A stretch of 64,000 nucleotides of DNA from Candidatus Dojkabacteria bacterium HGW-Dojkabacteria-1. Its GTDB lineage: Bacteria; Patescibacteriota; Dojkabacteria; SC72. Both the position numbers and the translations under genes were made by a program. The notes under the pieces were generated by a model. The model ran no database searches and was not told the DNA's origin. It saw only the letters and a list, made by a program, of their open reading frames with translations. Each line of letters opens with the position of its first letter. Within the stretch, counting starts at the first letter, position 1. The stretch covers positions 652,360 to 716,359 of the forward strand of contig PHAO01000001.1 in the NCBI GenBank assembly GCA_002840365.1, written 5' to 3'. This document shows positions 1 to 9,481 of the stretch, piece by piece.

Positions 1-42
1 GACTTTCTTTTTGCCATTTTTGGATATTCAGAAATTAAAAAA

Positions 43-129
43 CGGAGAGAGTGGGATTCGAACCCACGATGGTGTTACCACCATACTAGTTTTCAAGACT
101 AGCCTGTTCGGCCACTCCAGCATCTCTCC
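43..129 (-). tRNA. tRNA-Ser (anticodon TGA)
   Basis: Reverse complement folds as a cloverleaf: acceptor GGAGAGA/TCTCTCC with discriminator G, anticodon stem CTAGT/ACTAG with loop CTTGAAA (anticodon UGA), long variable arm TATGGTGGTAACACCATC, T-arm GTGGG-TTCGAAT-CCCAC. Confidence 0.85.
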
Positions 130-210
130 ATAAACTCGCCCATTATATCATGCCTAACAACTTTTTTCTTTTATTTGACTACCATTAATATCTTCAATAT
201 CATCATATAT

Positions 211-1425
211 ATGACTGTCCAGATAAAAAACAAAAAGATATTTATACTCCTTTTACTGCTATCTCTCTTTGTAGCTCCCCTATCAGTATTAGCATCAGAG
301 TTAGATTCTACAAATTTCAAAATTGTCGGAGCTACAACGCAAGGAGGAGGAATACTAGGTACAGCTAGTGGAGATTACTCTGCTTTAATAGGGATTGGAG
401 GTATTTCATCAAATCCAAGAATATATTCAACAAATTACAGACTATATACTAGTCCAGAAAAAGCTTTTGTCCCAGCAGTACCAACTACATCCTGTTTTGA
501 AACAACAACAGATGGATCTTCTAATTGTACAACCGGACCAACAGAGTTAACAACAGGTGGAATGGTTGCAATATGTGGAGCAGGAGGTTGCTACAACAGA
601 GCAAGGTTTGAGATAGATACACAGAACAATCCAACAGACACCCTTTATGCTGTAATGATTTCGGAGGACAACTTTTCTTCTGATATTAGATATGTTGATG
701 CTTCTACCTTTTGGCCAGAGAGTAGTTCTACACATAACTTAAGTGACTTTATGACTAAAACAGATTGGGAAACAGAAACATTTAATATCCAAGGCTTGGC
801 AGCAGGAACTACCTACTATATTAAAATATTTGCTCTTAAAGGAGACTTTACTCAATCAGATGCAGGACCAAGTGCAAATGCAACTACTGCACTAGGTAAT
901 GTTTTCTTTGATATTGATATTGCTGGAGAAACTGGATATACAGCAGAAAGTTCACCTCCCTACTCCATATCCTTTACAGGGGCATACCAATTAATTGGTG
1001 GTTCAGCAGCAATAACTAATGGTAACAGAATATGGATGGATGCTGAAACTAACTCAGAAGGAGGTTTTGCCATTATCATGAATGGACAATATGGAGGTCT
1101 TTACAGTCCTACTACAACACAAACAATTACATCTGCTACTGCAAATCTAGACTCAGTTCCTTCAGGTTTCGGATTACAAAGTGAATACATCGACTATGAT
1201 GACAGTTCTCCTTTGTATGGAGAGATTACAGCTACTACCGATTACAGTGGGAGTATTAATAGTGTAGGAATAATTAGTACCACCCCTAACAAGATATATG
1301 ATGGAGATGGACCAACAGTGGCAGGAAGAATGGCTCTAAAGGTTATAGCTAAGCCAGGAACTTCATATACTCCATCCAATGACTATCAAGAAACTATAAC
1401 CTTAATATTTGTACCTAGATATTAA
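211..1425 (+). CDS. Secreted Thr/Ser/Gly-rich cell-surface protein (N-terminal signal peptide, beta-rich/FN3-like region); first gene of a 4-gene surface operon
   Basis: ORF track 175..1425; the likelier start is Met at 211 (MTVQIKNKKIFILLLLLSLFVAPLSVLASE, positively charged n-region then hydrophobic core then ASE). Composition is dominated by T/S/G/N with no catalytic motifs. C-terminus SYTPSNDYQETITLIFVPRY resembles the C-terminus of the next gene. Confidence 0.6.
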   Translation: MTVQIKNKKIFILLLLLSLFVAPLSVLASELDSTNFKIVGATTQGGGILGTASGDYSALIGIGGISSNPRIYSTNYRLYTSPEKAFVPAVPTTSCFETTTDGSSNCTTGPTELTTGGMVAICGAGGCYNRARFEIDTQNNPTDTLYAVMISEDNFSSDIRYVDASTFWPESSSTHNLSDFMTKTDWETETFNIQGLAAGTTYYIKIFALKGDFTQSDAGPSANATTALGNVFFDIDIAGETGYTAESSPPYSISFTGAYQLIGGSAAITNGNRIWMDAETNSEGGFAIIMNGQYGGLYSPTTTQTITSATANLDSVPSGFGLQSEYIDYDDSSPLYGEITATTDYSGSINSVGIISTTPNKIYDGDGPTVAGRMALKVIAKPGTSYTPSNDYQETITLIFVPRY

Positions 1426-1512
1426 AAATACCTATTGACATGGAAATAAAGTATAGGTAATCTGTAATCAGAATAAAGATAGTAGTTTTAATAATTTTTT
1501 ACTCTGCCCAAT

Positions 1513-2628
1513 GTGAGAAGCTTGAAAACCCTCTTAAGAATAGGAATTCCCACATTATTAATAGTAGCTTTTGGTTCTTTCTTCATATACTTTTCATCAC
1601 AAGCAGCTTCATTAACAGCTGTATATGTATTCTTTAGTAGAATTCAAGCTGGATTAGATGGTTCAGGCGCAAATGCAGTTCAATTAATCCTAGCAGTAGC
1701 CCCAGCACAAAGTATGGGTTCTGGAGGTACAGTAACAATAGAATTTCCAGATGCAGGAGATACAACATGGTGTAGAGCTGCAGGTACTATGACTGCAACT
1801 GGAGTTACCTCATCAGCTGCTGATATGTCTGCAACAAACTGGACAATAGATAGCGCTCTTCCTGGCACCCTTTCGGCTTCATGCTCACAAGGTTCTGGTG
1901 CAGGCTCTGTTGATACAATTACAATAACAGGAGTTGGCGCTTTAACTGCAAATGAAACATATGGTGTACAGATTACAACCAGTACTGGTAGATTGGGAAC
2001 AAATGGTACCCCAGGACAACACGAATTAACAGTAACCGTTTCTAGTGGAGCTACAATTGACTCAAAAACATTCAAAGTTCAATTAGTATCAAATGATCAA
2101 GTAGTAGTTAGTGCTACTGTTTCAGATGCCCCAAGTGTTACATGTTCTATTAGTAGCAACTCTGTAAACTTAGGAACTCTTTACCCAGGGGGTGCATATG
2201 CCGTAGGTTCACATACAATAACAACAAATACTTCAGTAGCAGGATATTATTGGGCTGCGTATGGTACAGGGGATGGTTCTAGTGATGCTGGTTTATGGAA
2301 ATCAGCAGCAACGACTCACCTTATTCAATCAGGTCCAGGAGCAACTCTTGATTTAACAGTCCCAGGAAGTGAAGGTTTCGGAATGACAGTATCTGACCCA
2401 GATGCTGGAGGTTCTGCCGTTGTACCTTCAAATTTCTCTGATGCTTCAGCTGGAACATTTGGTACTCTTGATCGATTATATGCAGGAGCAAAGCTAATTC
2501 TTTACCAGAATGGTGCACAAGCTAGTGCAGAGGCAGCTACAGTAACTTACGGAGCTAGAGCAGGAGCATCTGCACCTGCAGGTTCATACCAGGAAACAGT
2601 CACCTTTATATGTGGTGGTTACTACTAG
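1513..2628 (+). CDS. Secreted Thr/Ser/Gly/Ala-rich cell-surface protein, paralog-like of the upstream gene
   Basis: N-terminal hydrophobic signal/anchor (IGIPTLLIVAFGSFFIYF). Low-complexity T/S/G/A-rich body. C-terminus ...SYQETVTFICGGYY shares a Y-Q-E-T-[IV]-T-x-I motif with gene 1. Confidence 0.6.
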   Translation: MRSLKTLLRIGIPTLLIVAFGSFFIYFSSQAASLTAVYVFFSRIQAGLDGSGANAVQLILAVAPAQSMGSGGTVTIEFPDAGDTTWCRAAGTMTATGVTSSAADMSATNWTIDSALPGTLSASCSQGSGAGSVDTITITGVGALTANETYGVQITTSTGRLGTNGTPGQHELTVTVSSGATIDSKTFKVQLVSNDQVVVSATVSDAPSVTCSISSNSVNLGTLYPGGAYAVGSHTITTNTSVAGYYWAAYGTGDGSSDAGLWKSAATTHLIQSGPGATLDLTVPGSEGFGMTVSDPDAGGSAVVPSNFSDASAGTFGTLDRLYAGAKLILYQNGAQASAEAATVTYGARAGASAPAGSYQETVTFICGGYY

Positions 2629-3601
2629 TACTTTGATAATGATATTAAAAATACTTAAGGAATATAACAGAATATTTTTACTGCCCATAATTCTACTCTG
2701 TTTAGGTGCAACCCCTATATTAGCGCAGAGTGCTTTGTCTATCGGAGTTTCCCCTACTTCTAAAGTAATAAAAGTAAGTCCTGGAGATGTTTTTTCTGAT
2801 GAAATTGTATTTTGGAATCTTTCTGAAACTGCAGATACATATTACATATATATAAGAGGATTTAGACAGATTGAGAATCAACCGGGAACTGCAATTATAC
2901 TAACTGATGAAGAAGAATCCAAAGCTTTGTATTCTGCTTCTAAATGGATAACTGTAGACAAGGAATCTATGTATCTTGAACCAAATAAAAATACCAAACT
3001 AAGATATACAATTAATGTACCAAGAGATATTACAAATGGTGAATATAATGCTCAAATATTTCTCATTTCCGAGTCAGAAGGTGGAGCCCAAGGAACTATG
3101 ACCTTTGCAAATCTTGCAGCAGGAACCCCTATCTTACTTCAAGTAGGAGATGAGTTTGTAGAAAATGCAGAACTTCTTCGCTTTATGGCAGACAAAAAGA
3201 CCTATGAAAGAGTAAATGTAGACTTTCTTACACAAATTAAAAACTTAGGTGATACACACATTACACCAGCAGGAGAAATAGTTATTGAGAATATTTTTAA
3301 ACAGGAAGTTGCTAGAATACCCTTTAACAGAAACAGACAAAGCTTACTAAGAGATAATCTAGGTAACTATATCGATAACTGGAGTCAATCAGGATATATT
3401 TCACCTGCAAAAATGCTAACAATCGGCCCTATGAAAGCCAAATTGTTAGTAACATACAGAAGTATGCAACCAGGCTTTGCAACCCTCTCTGCAGAAACAA
3501 CCTTTTGGATTATTCCATGGAAATTAATCATCGCTATCTGTGTGGTTCTTCTTACTGGTATAATCATATTTGTAAGTAAGAAGAAAATTCAAAGAAGATA
3601 A
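2612..3601 (+). CDS. Cell-surface protein with N-terminal signal peptide and C-terminal transmembrane anchor
   Basis: Signal peptide (RIFLLPIILLCLGATPILAQS) and C-terminal TM helix plus basic tail (IIPWKLIIAICVVLLTGIIIFVSKKKIQRR). Start overlaps the previous gene's end, suggesting an operon. Confidence 0.6.
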   Translation: MVVTTSTLIMILKILKEYNRIFLLPIILLCLGATPILAQSALSIGVSPTSKVIKVSPGDVFSDEIVFWNLSETADTYYIYIRGFRQIENQPGTAIILTDEEESKALYSASKWITVDKESMYLEPNKNTKLRYTINVPRDITNGEYNAQIFLISESEGGAQGTMTFANLAAGTPILLQVGDEFVENAELLRFMADKKTYERVNVDFLTQIKNLGDTHITPAGEIVIENIFKQEVARIPFNRNRQSLLRDNLGNYIDNWSQSGYISPAKMLTIGPMKAKLLVTYRSMQPGFATLSAETTFWIIPWKLIIAICVVLLTGIIIFVSKKKIQRR

Positions 3602-4497
3602 TGAAACTGATTAAAATATTCTTTACATTAATATTTTTGTATACCCTTTTAGGTATACCCTACTCCTTTGCTAATAGCCTTTATCCTGCAATAAACGAAG
3701 TTAAACTACCTCAAGGACAAAGAGCTATTGCTATGGTCACCTTTGAAAACAAAGAGGAGAGAGATACAGAGATATTACTTTCTGTATATGAATACAATCC
3801 AAAAACTGATGAAATCATTAAAGATAGTAGAAATAACTTTCTTAAAGTAGATACAGACACATTTGTAGTAAAAGCTAAGGAAAAGAAGGAGATACCATAT
3901 GAAATAGTGCCTGTTTCTAACCTACAATTAGGAACATATTTCAATATATTGGTACTAACAGAAGTAAGTAGTACAAAGGATGTATATATAGATAAAGGGA
4001 TATCACAACTAGTTGTTTTACATGTTGTAGATCCGTATGGAGAGGTGCAGGGTGTAACGACAAGTGACTACTCTGTAAGGATAGATGTCGTACAGAAAGG
4101 GATACCATTTTTAACACCAGTAGAGCTAAGATATACGATTGTAAATAATTCGAAGTATGTAATAACTCCAGGAGGGAGATTAGAGATATTCAACAAAAGA
4201 AGTAATTACAAACCAGAATATATATATGTTAATCAAGAAAAGACAAGACTTTATCCAGGAGAAAAGATAGAGAAAAAAGTTTCAGTAAAAAATTGGAATT
4301 TTTCTGATCTTTTTTCTGAGAGGATTGTAATTGGAAATATTAGTAGTGGTTTAGACAGTAGTGTTAAAACTGTACAGACGACTATAAATAGCTATGTATA
4401 TGAGATACTTGGAGTATTAACAATTGGTATAGTTACAATCTTACTAATAAAATCCCTAAAGGAAGATACTAAAAAGAAATCTAAAACATCTTCATAA
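3601..4497 (+). CDS. Cell-surface protein with signal peptide and C-terminal TM anchor (second of a pair)
   Basis: ATGA start/stop overlap with the previous gene. N-terminal signal (IFFTLIFLYTLLGIPYSFANS) and C-terminal TM plus K-rich tail (VLTIGIVTILLIKSLKEDTKKKSK). Confidence 0.6.
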   Translation: MKLIKIFFTLIFLYTLLGIPYSFANSLYPAINEVKLPQGQRAIAMVTFENKEERDTEILLSVYEYNPKTDEIIKDSRNNFLKVDTDTFVVKAKEKKEIPYEIVPVSNLQLGTYFNILVLTEVSSTKDVYIDKGISQLVVLHVVDPYGEVQGVTTSDYSVRIDVVQKGIPFLTPVELRYTIVNNSKYVITPGGRLEIFNKRSNYKPEYIYVNQEKTRLYPGEKIEKKVSVKNWNFSDLFSERIVIGNISSGLDSSVKTVQTTINSYVYEILGVLTIGIVTILLIKSLKEDTKKKSKTSS

Positions 4498-5380
4498 CAT
4501 CCTGAGTGGTTCTAAACCCTATCTTAGAAACTTTTCTTAATTCTTCAGCACCGTATTTTGATACAAACTGTTTAGCTTCATACAATACATTTGATGCACC
4601 CTTAGGAAATACAAAATCATATTCTCTGTTCATTTTCTCCCACTCTTCTAAAAATATGCCTCTTGCAATTATAGAGGCTGCAGCAACAGCTATATCTGCC
4701 TCTCCTTTGTGATACTGTTCTAATTCAACCTTCTTACCTAGTTCTCCTAATTCATTTAGTACCCTACTCTTTGATGAGGAGAACTGATCAATTACAACAT
4801 GTTTACACTCTACATTTTTGTTTTGTAAATCCAAAAGGGCATCCTCTATAACCAGGCTATGTTGTTTTGCGAGGAGTATAGAGGCATTACCATACTTTGA
4901 TGAAAGTTCATTGTACTCCTCCGGTTGAACAATACTACTGTAATAGTAAGGATACTCTTTAACAGCTTGGAAAAATTTCTGTATTTTTACATCACTAAAC
5001 TTTTTAGAATCACCAAAACCTAAAAGTCTAATCTTTTTTGCGAACTCTTCATCCACAAAACAAGCCACTACAACTAATGGACCAAAGTAGTCTCCCTTAC
5101 CTACTTCATCTACACCAATATGAGGAAGAAACTCTTCTGTATTCTCCTCTACTTCTTCCTTGATATTAGCAATTACAGAAGTGAAGTCTTCCCTTCCTTG
5201 GAACACTAACTTACCACTAGAATATATTATTGCTACAGAGCCCTGAGGGCTTTTTAAGCGATATTTAACATACAGATTACTATCTGATTCCTCCATCCAG
5301 TTATTAGCTAAAAGAACCTCTCTTGCTCTTTCTTGTTCTTCTTTGCTTAATGATATTGTAAATGTATTTTGACTACCCAT
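4481..5380 (-). CDS. rnhC: Ribonuclease HIII
   Basis: About 300 aa with an N-terminal extra domain then the RNase HII/HIII catalytic motif IGVDEVGKGDYFGPLVVVACFVDEE (DExGxGDYFGPL). Confidence 0.75.
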   Translation of the reverse strand: MGSQNTFTISLSKEEQERAREVLLANNWMEESDSNLYVKYRLKSPQGSVAIIYSSGKLVFQGREDFTSVIANIKEEVEENTEEFLPHIGVDEVGKGDYFGPLVVVACFVDEEFAKKIRLLGFGDSKKFSDVKIQKFFQAVKEYPYYYSSIVQPEEYNELSSKYGNASILLAKQHSLVIEDALLDLQNKNVECKHVVIDQFSSSKSRVLNELGELGKKVELEQYHKGEADIAVAAASIIARGIFLEEWEKMNREYDFVFPKGASNVLYEAKQFVSKYGAEELRKVSKIGFRTTQDVMKMF

Positions 5381-5381
5381 A

Positions 5382-6824
5382 TTAGACCTTTTCTATAGTT
5401 TGACCTTGAGGAGTATCTAATACCTTATACCCCTTCTCTGATATTAAGTCCCTTATCCTGTCTGATTCTAGGAAGTTTTTCTCCTCTCTTGCTTTCCTTC
5501 TCTCTTCTAAAAGAGACTGTACCTCTAAAGGCAAACTCTCTTCTTCCTTTTGGATGTTTTCTAGATTAAAACCCAATACCCTATCAAAATCATATACTGT
5601 TGCTAGAATATCTTCTGATTTGTTGTTTGATTTTAATAGGTCATTTAAAATTGCAAATGCTTCTGACATATTTAAATTGTCGTTTAATGCTTTCTCAAAT
5701 CTGACTCTGTATTCAGGTAATACATTACCATGAGAATTACTACTCTCTTTTAGACTTAATACTTTGTTAAAGATTTTTAATCTTGCATTCCTTGCACCAT
5801 CTAGAGCTTCTTTTGAGAACCTAAGTTGAACTCTGTAGTTTACTGATACAAACAAATATCTTAAATCAAGAGGGTCGTAACCTTGAGATATTAGCTCAGG
5901 AAGAGTTAGCGCTCCCCCTTTACTCTTAGAAAGTTTTCCATCATCACTATCTACTATGAACTCATTATGTATCCAATACTTAACAACAGGATGACCACAA
6001 GCACCAATATTTTGTGCTCTTTCATTTGGGTGATGAACAGATATATGGTCTACTCCACCTGTATGTATATCAAAATGCTCTCCTAATTTCTCTATACCCA
6101 TTGCTGAACACTCAATATGCCATCCAGGGAAACCATCTCCCCATGGAGATTCCCAATGCATTAAATGGTTTGCATATTTACCTGCTCTTTTCATCCAAAG
6201 GACAAAGTCTGCAGGGTTTTTCTTTTCAGGGTCTACTTCTACATCTTCTCTTGAGGCTATATTCTTCTCATCTAAATTCTGTCCTGTAAATATTGTATAG
6301 TCTTCTATTTTTGTAATATCAAAATATACAGCCAAGCCTGTTTCATATGTGTATCCCTTTGCTTCCATCTCTTTTATTTTCCCTATCATTTGCTCCACAT
6401 ATGAAGTAGCTCTTAACCATCCATAGTTATGTAATTGATTAACCTCCCAATTTGGATCTACCTTATCACCACTTGGGGAAAGAATATTTAAGTTATGGAA
6501 ATCCTCCAATACCGTCTTTATATATTGATTAGATATATCAAGAGGGTCTTTACCTGTTTGAGAAGCAGCTCTCTCTATCTTGTCCTCACCAAAATCTTCA
6601 TCCTCTGTCATATGGCCAACATCTGTAAAGTTCATAACCCTGTTTACTTTGTAACCAAGGTAAAGCAATGCTCTATGTAATACATCCCAACTTACATACG
6701 CACGAATATTACCTACATGCATTCTACTGTAAACTGTAGGACCACAGTTATACATCGAAATTTCACCTGATTTAATAGGCTCTATCTCAACTACTTTCCT
6801 ATCTAATGTGGAATACAGTTTCAT
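5382..6824 (-). CDS. cysS: Cysteinyl-tRNA synthetase
   Basis: CGPTVYSRMHVGNIRAY (HIGH-class motif), GWHIECSAM, and KLSKSKG (KMSKS motif). The 480-aa length is typical. Confidence 0.9.
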   Translation of the reverse strand: MKLYSTLDRKVVEIEPIKSGEISMYNCGPTVYSRMHVGNIRAYVSWDVLHRALLYLGYKVNRVMNFTDVGHMTEDEDFGEDKIERAASQTGKDPLDISNQYIKTVLEDFHNLNILSPSGDKVDPNWEVNQLHNYGWLRATSYVEQMIGKIKEMEAKGYTYETGLAVYFDITKIEDYTIFTGQNLDEKNIASREDVEVDPEKKNPADFVLWMKRAGKYANHLMHWESPWGDGFPGWHIECSAMGIEKLGEHFDIHTGGVDHISVHHPNERAQNIGACGHPVVKYWIHNEFIVDSDDGKLSKSKGGALTLPELISQGYDPLDLRYLFVSVNYRVQLRFSKEALDGARNARLKIFNKVLSLKESSNSHGNVLPEYRVRFEKALNDNLNMSEAFAILNDLLKSNNKSEDILATVYDFDRVLGFNLENIQKEEESLPLEVQSLLEERRKAREEKNFLESDRIRDLISEKGYKVLDTPQGQTIEKV

Positions 6825-6841
6825 TTGTATATATGAATATA

Positions 6842-7462
6842 TTAAATATCTCTTCTACCTTCTAATGCTCTCTTAAGAGTTAACCTGTCTGCATACTCTA
6901 AATCTGCGCCTGTGGGTAGTCCCATCGCTAATCTAGTTACCTTTATTTTACCCTCTTTTAATTGCATATCAAACATATCTAGGATGTAACTTGCCGTAGC
7001 CTCTCCCTCTAAGCTTGGATTAGTTGCAACTATGATTTCTAGAGATTCTTCTTTAAGTAATTCCTTAACTCTTCTTTCTAAATCTTTGAATCTTAGTTCT
7101 TCTGCTCCTATTCCCTCTGCTGGAGATATTACACCACCAAGAACAAAGTAAAGACCTTCATATATTGCAGAATTCTCAAATGCAACTACATCGAGTGGTT
7201 CTTCTACAATACATAGTTTTGTTTTATCTCTTTTTTCACTACCACAGATATCACAAACTCCCTTGTCAGAGACATTGAAACATTGGGAACAGAACATAGT
7301 GTTTTTGTCCATATCCAAGAGAGCTTGACCAAGCTTTGAAGCTTCCTTGTTAGGAGAACGAAGATAGTGGTAAGTCATTCTAGCTGCAGATTTAGGACCC
7401 ACTCCAGGTAATTTACTAAGTTCATTGATTACTTTTTCAACAGACAAAGGAAGTACAGACAT
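6842..7462 (-). CDS. recR: Recombination protein RecR
   Basis: N-terminal HhH (LPGVGPKSAARM), a C4 zinc finger (CSQC...CDIC), and a Toprim region. It follows dnaX-ybaB in the conserved order. Confidence 0.9.
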   Translation of the reverse strand: MSVLPLSVEKVINELSKLPGVGPKSAARMTYHYLRSPNKEASKLGQALLDMDKNTMFCSQCFNVSDKGVCDICGSEKRDKTKLCIVEEPLDVVAFENSAIYEGLYFVLGGVISPAEGIGAEELRFKDLERRVKELLKEESLEIIVATNPSLEGEATASYILDMFDMQLKEGKIKVTRLAMGLPTGADLEYADRLTLKRALEGRRDI

Positions 7463-7463
7463 A

Positions 7464-7754
7464 TTATCCTAATATATTTTTGAGTTGATCTAAGTCCATA
7501 TCTTTTGCCATTTCCTTTTGTAAATTCTTTTGATAGTCTTTGAATGCCTCTTTCATATCCTTTTTAAACCTATCCACCATATCGATATCCATTAATTGAT
7601 CATCTACCCATATATCTTCAAACTCTTGAGCTCCATTCATGAATAGTTTTAACATTCCATCTTTAGATTCCCCTGAGATTTTCTTTTCTCTCATTTTGTT
7701 TTGAATCTTTTTAGCCTCTTGTTGCATCTTTATTATCTCAATAGGATTTAACAT
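7464..7754 (-). CDS. ybaB: Nucleoid-associated protein YbaB/EbfC
   Basis: A 96-aa K/E-rich protein between dnaX and recR in the conserved dnaX-ybaB-recR arrangement. Start/stop is adjacent to recR. Confidence 0.75.
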   Translation of the reverse strand: MLNPIEIIKMQQEAKKIQNKMREKKISGESKDGMLKLFMNGAQEFEDIWVDDQLMDIDMVDRFKKDMKEAFKDYQKNLQKEMAKDMDLDQLKNILG

Positions 7755-7808
7755 TACAAAAATGTAAAAATTTAATATCTAAAGGATTATACCCTAAAAA
7801 GGAGATGA

Positions 7809-9407
7809 TTACATTCCAGCAAAGATTGCTTCTACATCTGCACCAAGGTTCTTTTTCTTAAATTCAGGCTTAGATTTATCTTCTTTTTTCTCCTCCGGTT
7901 CCTTTTTTTCAATTACAGGAATATTTTTCAATACTACATCTGCACTAGATTGTAATTTGGGCTTTACAGTATCATTTACAGTACAGCTTACTCTACAACT
8001 AACACCAAGTACCTCATTTATCGTTGTACATATTATCTGCTTACTAGCATAGTCCTCTATTTGGTCCTTGTAGAACTTAAATGGTACTTCAATATTTAAT
8101 AAATCACCATTAACCTCTACTGCTTTAGATACGCTTAGGAATGCTGAAAGTGTATTGTTTTGTGGTTTCACCCTATCTACAATATCTTTCCATTTCTTCT
8201 GAATATCATTTACATTAAGTACATTTGCGTCGGAATTTATAACCTCTACCTTTTCACTTTTCTTTTCTAGAATAGTGCCTGTTTTATGAGTGTCTTTCTT
8301 TTTGGTTTTCTTTTCTTTTGGTTTTTCTTCAACGATTTTTTCCTCAGAGCAAAAGGTTGGGATAAGCATTTGAACAACTAATATCGGGCTAGAAGTACTC
8401 TTTAAATCTCTTTCAGCATTAATGAATGCATTAATCAGAGAAACTAAAGTTTTTTGGTCCATATCTTTAGAGAATGGATATTGAGGAGTACTAAATCCTG
8501 AAAGTTTCGCTACTAGAATCTCTCTTAATATTTCCAATGTATATGAGACGAACTGACTAAGATTAGTACCTTTAACCTCCAACTCTTTTATACTATCCAA
8601 TGCTATTTTTGCATCTCCCTCGATTAGTGCTCCAAGAAGATTATTAACTATATTCAATTCTGGTAATCCTAAAACTTGCCTTGTTTCTTCCTCTGTTATC
8701 TCTTTAGAGCTACCCTCTTTTGGTTGTCCATTTACAACCACATCCAACAAAGAAAGGGCATCTCGGTAGCTTCCTTTGGAATTTCTAACTAATATATCCA
8801 TAGCTCCTTCCTCTATCTTTAATTTTTCTTTCTTCACTATTTCCTTAAGAGTCTTTCTTATCTCTTCATCACTTCCAAGCCTAAAATCATATCTTTGACA
8901 CCTGGAAAGTATCGTAGCTGGTAATTTATGTACATCCGTTGTAGCAAGTATGAATATTATGTGTGCAGGAGGCTCCTCTAATGTCTTTAGAAGTGCATTG
9001 AATGCCTCATTGGTTAACATATGCACCTCATCGATTATGTATACCTTAAAACGTCCCTCAGAGGGAGAGAACTCTATTCTTTCCTTAAGCTCCCTTATCT
9101 GATCAATACCTCTATTAGAAGCTGCATCAATTTCTATCAGATCTAAAAAGTTACCATTAGAAATCGAATTACATATTTCACACTTATTACAAGGATTACC
9201 ATCCTTTAGTGGAGAACCACAATTTACAGCTTTAGCCAGTATTCTTGCTGTGCTTGTTTTACCAGTACCCCTTGAACCAACCAAAAGGTATGCATGAGAA
9301 AGTTGATCTTTCTTTATTGCATTCTTAAGTATTTTGGTGATGTGATCTTGACCAACGAGTTCGTCAAAATTCTGAGAGCGATATTTTCTATACAAGACAG
9401 TGGACAT
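7809..9407 (-). CDS. dnaX: DNA polymerase III subunit gamma/tau
   Basis: AAA+ Walker A LVGSRGTGKTSTARILAKAVNC, zinc module CNKCEIC, and clamp-loader box IDEVHML. Confidence 0.9.
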   Translation of the reverse strand: MSTVLYRKYRSQNFDELVGQDHITKILKNAIKKDQLSHAYLLVGSRGTGKTSTARILAKAVNCGSPLKDGNPCNKCEICNSISNGNFLDLIEIDAASNRGIDQIRELKERIEFSPSEGRFKVYIIDEVHMLTNEAFNALLKTLEEPPAHIIFILATTDVHKLPATILSRCQRYDFRLGSDEEIRKTLKEIVKKEKLKIEEGAMDILVRNSKGSYRDALSLLDVVVNGQPKEGSSKEITEEETRQVLGLPELNIVNNLLGALIEGDAKIALDSIKELEVKGTNLSQFVSYTLEILREILVAKLSGFSTPQYPFSKDMDQKTLVSLINAFINAERDLKSTSSPILVVQMLIPTFCSEEKIVEEKPKEKKTKKKDTHKTGTILEKKSEKVEVINSDANVLNVNDIQKKWKDIVDRVKPQNNTLSAFLSVSKAVEVNGDLLNIEVPFKFYKDQIEDYASKQIICTTINEVLGVSCRVSCTVNDTVKPKLQSSADVVLKNIPVIEKKEPEEKKEDKSKPEFKKKNLGADVEAIFAGM

Positions 9408-9481
9408 AGTGACTACATATTAAACTAGAGTTTAAAACCTAACAAGTGAAAATTATTTATACACTAACTTTCTCCTTTCTT

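Noticed and set aside
175-210. ORF-track start of the first surface protein at 175
   Set aside because: The first 12 codons (MTTINIFNIIIY) precede a much better signal-peptide start at Met-211. The start was moved, but the call is uncertain and either is possible.
547-2518. Minus-strand ORFs 547..735, 1680..2075 and 2321..2518 inside the surface-protein genes
   Set aside because: They lie antisense within longer, better-supported plus-strand genes. They have no start context and odd compositions, typical of antisense artefacts of low-complexity coding sequence.
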